From a bacterium (GTDB taxonomy: Bacteria; UBA8248), in NCBI GenBank assembly GCA_965202625.1, contig CBDBBI010000010.1:1184001-1248000 (forward strand): 64,000 nucleotides of DNA, read 5' to 3'. The notes below the pieces were generated by a model. The model was not told where the DNA came from. It did no database searches and saw only the letters and a list, made by a program, of their open reading frames with translations. Numbering within the stretch: the stretch's first letter is position 1; every line of letters begins with the position of its first letter. Shown here in pieces: positions 59,260 through 64,000 of this stretch. The position numbers and the translations under genes were made by a program.

Positions 59260-60609
59260 TCATTGATGGAAAAAACATAAACAGTACCAAAGAGATCTTT
59301 CATAAATATTGGGTTCGCGCACGAAGCGGAGGTGACTACCTATTTCAGCGTTTTTCCAGTGCGCATATCTTGGTCCCCTCAAAAGCCTATGCAGCAGGTT
59401 ATGCTCAAGGGTGATTTGCAAATATTTCGAGGAGAAGGGGATGAACGAATCATCTTCTGCGTCCATAAACCTGGGAGGTTTTTCTATTCCCATTGAAAAG
59501 CGTATATCGGGAGTCTGAATAACAACATCCGTATGCGTCCTGTAGCGAAGTTCGTTCGCTTTATCTCTGAAGCGCTCCCACGCAGAGGAAACCAGGGCTT
59601 CAAGCGCGCTATCGTCCCACCTGTCTTCGTCAAATATAAAGTCTTTACTTTCGATGTATTCGACATACTCTTCGTAACTTACATCACGCTTCTTGTCGCT
59701 CCCTAATTTTGCATGCGCATTGACGTCGTAAACGTCCAGCTGCTCAAGAAGCACTCCCTCTGCACCAGATTCGGTGTTTTCCGCGATATAGTCTATCGCG
59801 TATTGCATCGACGGAATTCCTAGATACTTCGTCAACCCGGAGAGCCTCGACCCTAGAATATATATGCCGGCAAAAGGTATGAAGGTTTTCGGTTTCAGGA
59901 GGTCAAGATACCTTAGAGCTTCTTCCAGAAACTGTTTTTCTTTCGCTTTCGCCGCCTCCAGTTTGTCCTGTTCCGTTGGAAACGTGAAACATTGGGGATA
60001 TGGCCCAGCACCAGCATAGGCCACCAGCAAAACATCAATTGCTTTTTGAACGATTCCATTCTCTCTCAACGTTGTCTCAGCGAGGTCCAATGGACAATCA
60101 TTCGTGTTGAGAATGGTCCGATCGTTACATTGAAACAACGCCAGCGTATCTATCTGCGTGGACCCGAATTTTTTCTCCAAAACGCCGCATCCGAAAAACT
60201 TTCCGCAGAGTTCCGGATTGCAATTGTCCGCCGCGTATATTGTGATTGATGCGCCATTTTCAAAAATATAAGGGGCTGCGTTATCGCATTCGACAACTTC
60301 AAAGCCGAGATTTTCAATGTTGCGTTTCAAGAACTTGGAATCGTAATTATGGATCAAAACCGGCACTTTTCTAGGCAATACCTTAAAAGTGTCCTCACTC
60401 AAATGGTCCGGATGGATGTGGCTCACATAGATATAGTCATAGTCAAGGCGCGAAATTTCATCAAACTCGAAGGGTGGATAATGATACCAGCTCCCGTAAT
60501 ATTCTCCCTCGGTTAACCACGGGTCGGTAAGAATTTTTACATCCCCGAGACGAATTATTTGAGTTGCGCTTTGGAGATGCGTTATCGTTACGCTGTCTTT
60601 TAGTCTCAT
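59260..60609 (-). CDS. MBL-fold metallo-hydrolase (UlaG/CMP-Neu5Ac hydroxylase-like)
   Basis: ILTDPWL...GSWYHYP, SHIHPDH (HxHxDH), NTNDC and IPFAG. Lower GC than the core genes. Confidence 0.85.
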   Translation of the reverse strand: MRLKDSVTITHLQSATQIIRLGDVKILTDPWLTEGEYYGSWYHYPPFEFDEISRLDYDYIYVSHIHPDHLSEDTFKVLPRKVPVLIHNYDSKFLKRNIENLGFEVVECDNAAPYIFENGASITIYAADNCNPELCGKFFGCGVLEKKFGSTQIDTLALFQCNDRTILNTNDCPLDLAETTLRENGIVQKAIDVLLVAYAGAGPYPQCFTFPTEQDKLEAAKAKEKQFLEEALRYLDLLKPKTFIPFAGIYILGSRLSGLTKYLGIPSMQYAIDYIAENTESGAEGVLLEQLDVYDVNAHAKLGSDKKRDVSYEEYVEYIESKDFIFDEDRWDDSALEALVSSAWERFRDKANELRYRTHTDVVIQTPDIRFSMGIEKPPRFMDAEDDSFIPFSSKYLQITLEHNLLHRLLRGPRYAHWKNAEIGSHLRFVREPNIYERSLWYCLCFFHQ

Positions 60610-60611
60610 AA

Positions 60612-60709
60612 GGAGTTCGGAGTTCGGAGTTCGGAGTTCGGAGTTCGGAGTTCGGAGTTCGGAGTTCGGAGTTCGGAGTTCGGAGTTCGGAGTTCGGAGT
60701 TCGGAGTTC
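60612..60709. repeat. Perfect heptamer tandem repeat (GGAGTTC)14, i.e. (GAACTCC)14 on the minus strand
   Basis: 14 exact copies counted. The array ends 2 nt before the ATG of the MBL gene on the minus strand. Confidence 0.97.
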
Positions 60710-60803
60710 GGAATGATAATTTAGCATCTTTGTTCGAATATTTCAACATGAATGATTTCATATCTCCTCGCTTCAGCCGCTTTTGTGCTGCGGACAAGAG
60801 AAC

Positions 60804-61466
60804 TCAGCAATCAAAGGTTCCCGCTACCTCCACCCTTCCAGAACCATCCGGGAATTTCTGAAAAAAACCTTCCACCAACTCATCAATCACCTGGTTCATC
60901 TGCGAGCAAGGCCCCGAACTGCGCAGGCGCCCCTCATACACCTTTTTTCGTGTTTTTCTCTCCACAATATCTATGGCGATATTTCGCCCGAATATTTCGG
61001 AAGTTACGGTGCTCGTTCTGCTGCCGACGACGCCGAACGTCGGCATTGAATAGCTTGTCCCACTATAACGCCCATAACCACGGCCGTAAACAGTTCCGGA
61101 ATGATACGTCGTGCCGCCGCCCGTAGAACCGTAAACAGGCATGCTAACGATATCCTTTGCAATTTTTCCGCCATCCACCCCGTAGGAAACAAACGCCACG
61201 TAGTCTGCGGAATCATCAATCGTCGCCACTGTGAAACCCGCCTTCCTGAAGCCGTTTTCAAACTTTGGTCGATAAGATTTCCATTCGAGAGTCTTGTTTT
61301 TTTCTTCGGGATGTGCCAGAAGGTGAATTGTCTTTCCAGCAAATTTCTTGGGAAGTTCAGAAAACGACGAAACATTCGCCGCCACACTCGGTCCCGCTAT
61401 ATCCGTCACTCCCTGACACCCGGCGGTGCCCACCGCTATCATTGCCAGCATCATGAATTTTTTCAT
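60804..61466 (-). CDS. Putative lipoprotein (DUF4136-like)
   Basis: MKKFMMLAMIAVGTAG-C lipobox, ADYVAFVSYG, a Gly/Tyr/Thr-rich loop and KKVYEG. Confidence 0.7.
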   Translation of the reverse strand: MKKFMMLAMIAVGTAGCQGVTDIAGPSVAANVSSFSELPKKFAGKTIHLLAHPEEKNKTLEWKSYRPKFENGFRKAGFTVATIDDSADYVAFVSYGVDGGKIAKDIVSMPVYGSTGGGTTYHSGTVYGRGYGRYSGTSYSMPTFGVVGSRTSTVTSEIFGRNIAIDIVERKTRKKVYEGRLRSSGPCSQMNQVIDELVEGFFQKFPDGSGRVEVAGTFDC

Positions 61467-61641
61467 CTTTCCCTCACCGTTCATTGCGCAAAGCTGAAGC
61501 ATTTCAGGCACGCCTCACTATGCTGGTCTCTCGTTCTCCCAATCAGAATACACAAAGAGCATAAAACCGCGCACTGCGCGATACAAACTCTCATTCCGAT
61601 CGTGGGTTGGCGTTGCCCTGCGCAATGATTTACACAAAAAA

Positions 61642-63174
61642 CTACTCCCACTCAATCGTGCCCGGCGGCTTGGAGGAGACGTCATACACCACGCGGTTCA
61701 CGCCGCGCACCTCATTGATGATGCGCGATGAGGTTTCTGCGAGCAAATCCGGCGGAAGCCTGGCCCAGTCCGCCGTCATTCCGTCCTCGCTGGTGACCGC
61801 ACGCAGGGCGAGGGCGTTCTCATAAGTTCTCGCGTCGCCCATCACGCCCACGGTGCGGACGGGCAGCAAGACGGCGAACGCCTGCCAGACTTTGTCGTAG
61901 TAATCATGTCTTTTAAGCGTCTCGATGAAGATGGCGTCCGCCTCCTGAAGGGTCGCCACCCGACCTTCCGTCACCTCGCCCAGAATGCGCACGGCGAGGC
62001 CGGGCCCCGGAAACGGATGCCGCCAGAGCATCTCCCGGGGCAGACCAAGGGCCGCTCCCGCCGCGCGCACCTCGTCCTTGAACAACTCGCGCAAGGGTTC
62101 GACGAGGGCGAGACGCATCCGCTCGGGAAGGCCGCCCACGTTGTGGTGGCTTTTTATCGTCGCCGAAGGTCCCTTGAACGAGACGCTCTCGATAACGTCG
62201 GGATACAGGGTTCCCTGGGCGAGGAACCCCACGTCGCCCAGCTTCCCCGCCTCGCGCTCGAAAACGCGGATGAAGGTCGCGCCGATGCGCTTTCTCTTCT
62301 CCTCGGGATCGACGACGCCGCGCAGAGCGTCCAGAAATTCCGCCCGCGCGTCCAGGTGCGCGAGGCGAAGCCTACCGCCAAAAATCGCCGCCACCTCCTC
62401 AGCCTCGTTTTTCCTGAGCAGTCCGTTGTCCACGAAGATGCAGGTGAGCCGCTCACCCACCGCCCGCTCGATGAGAATCGCCGCCACCGCAGAATCCACG
62501 CCGCCCGAGAGGCCGCACACCACGCGCCCCTCCCCGACCTGGCACCTGATGCGCTCCACCGCCTCCTCAACGAAAGAGCGCATCGTCCAGCCGCCCGCGC
62601 ATCCACAAACCGCGTGCACGAAATTGCCCAGAATCTCCTTCCCCCTCGGGGTGTGAGCGACTTCGGGGTGAAACTGGATGCCGTATCGTCGCTCATCGTC
62701 CGAGACCATGGCCGCCACCGGAGAGCCGTTGGAATGCGCGAGCGGCCTGTAGCCGGGCGGCGGCGACTCGATGGCGTCTCCGTGGCTCATCCAGACCGTC
62801 TCGACGCCCGGCGAGTCGGCGAAAACGCCCACCGCCTCGTCCACCACCAGCTCCGCGCGCCCGTATTCGCGCTTGCGATGGGGACCGACGCATCCGCCCA
62901 GAAGGTGGGTCATGAGCTGCATTCCGTAGCAGATGCCCAAGAGGGGGACGTCCAGGGCGAACAGGGCGGGGTCGAGCGTGGGCGCACCCTCCTCATAGAC
63001 GCTCATCGGTCCTCCCGAGAGGATGACGCCCCTGGTGTTCGCATCCACGAGCGCGCGCCAGTCGCAGACGCACGGGTGAATCTCACAATACACGCCGAGC
63101 TCGCGCACCCGCCGGGCGATGAGCTGCGTATATTGTGAGCCGAAATCAAGTATGAGTATCTGCTCGCGCGTCAT
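61642..63174 (-). CDS. guaA: GMP synthase (glutamine-hydrolysing)
   Basis: [34 protein letters not shown] and KPPGTIEWE motifs. Confidence 0.98.
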   Translation of the reverse strand: MTREQILILDFGSQYTQLIARRVRELGVYCEIHPCVCDWRALVDANTRGVILSGGPMSVYEEGAPTLDPALFALDVPLLGICYGMQLMTHLLGGCVGPHRKREYGRAELVVDEAVGVFADSPGVETVWMSHGDAIESPPPGYRPLAHSNGSPVAAMVSDDERRYGIQFHPEVAHTPRGKEILGNFVHAVCGCAGGWTMRSFVEEAVERIRCQVGEGRVVCGLSGGVDSAVAAILIERAVGERLTCIFVDNGLLRKNEAEEVAAIFGGRLRLAHLDARAEFLDALRGVVDPEEKRKRIGATFIRVFEREAGKLGDVGFLAQGTLYPDVIESVSFKGPSATIKSHHNVGGLPERMRLALVEPLRELFKDEVRAAGAALGLPREMLWRHPFPGPGLAVRILGEVTEGRVATLQEADAIFIETLKRHDYYDKVWQAFAVLLPVRTVGVMGDARTYENALALRAVTSEDGMTADWARLPPDLLAETSSRIINEVRGVNRVVYDVSSKPPGTIEWE

Positions 63175-63434
63175 CTTTGGACGAGGCGAAAAGAATCGCC
63201 TCCCCTCCCCTGAAGCCGTCCCGTCGGCATCCTGCATTCCTCAACGCCTCGGGGCAATCCTGGGCGGAGAATCAGAAAACCCCGTCATTCCGCATCACCT
63301 GAGCGGAACCATCCAGCGCGCCTCTATGCAGGCCGAAACGATAGAATAGAGAAACTCCTCTCGCCAGCATCAGACGGCGAGGGGGCAGGACTGGCGAGCG
63401 CGGCGGACGGACCCCCTGCGAACGCGCGCCTCGG

Positions 63435-64000
<566 letters not shown>

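Noticed and set aside
60612-60709. Repeat array as a CRISPR, or RTPNSEL-repeat ORFs as real proteins
   Set aside because: It is a spacerless 7-bp microsatellite with no cas genes. The peptide repeat is simply its translation.
57404-61660. Integrative element at the guaA 3' end
   Set aside because: No integrase, and no duplicate of the guaA terminal sequence was found on the dnaE side.

Overview
A GC-rich bacterial chromosomal segment (about 60% GC by eye). Gene order and content suggest a Nitrospinota/Tectomicrobia- or deltaproteobacteria-like organism, which is an inference. It is dominated by intact housekeeping operons: clpB, ribF, ruvX-mltG, valS-birA-coaX, ffh-rpsP-rimM-trmD-rplS, def-fmt-rsmB-rpe, recA, rpsB-tsf-pyrH-frr-uppS-cdsA-dxr, rplM-rpsI, argCJ, dnaE-lipB-exbBD, guaBA and tRNA-Leu(CAG). 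The ORF track misses several features. (1) Two convergent selenoprotein genes with in-frame UGA codons, each followed by a SECIS-like hairpin: a B12-binding radical SAM enzyme with a C-U-A-E-P tail and an ArsC-like UxxC thioredoxin-fold protein. (2) A PabI/HpyAXII-type restriction-modification module downstream of recA, whose restriction glycosylase gene carries a 1-bp deletion. (3) A perfect (GAACTCC)14 heptamer array between a short leader ORF and a metallo-beta-lactamase-fold gene, which could work as a three-state translational switch. (4) A RomR-like pseudo-receiver protein with Asp53 replaced by Ser. (5) Five decayed accessory genes among intact core genes. No CRISPR array, integrase or transposase was seen. 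All family assignments come from motif recognition, not database searches.
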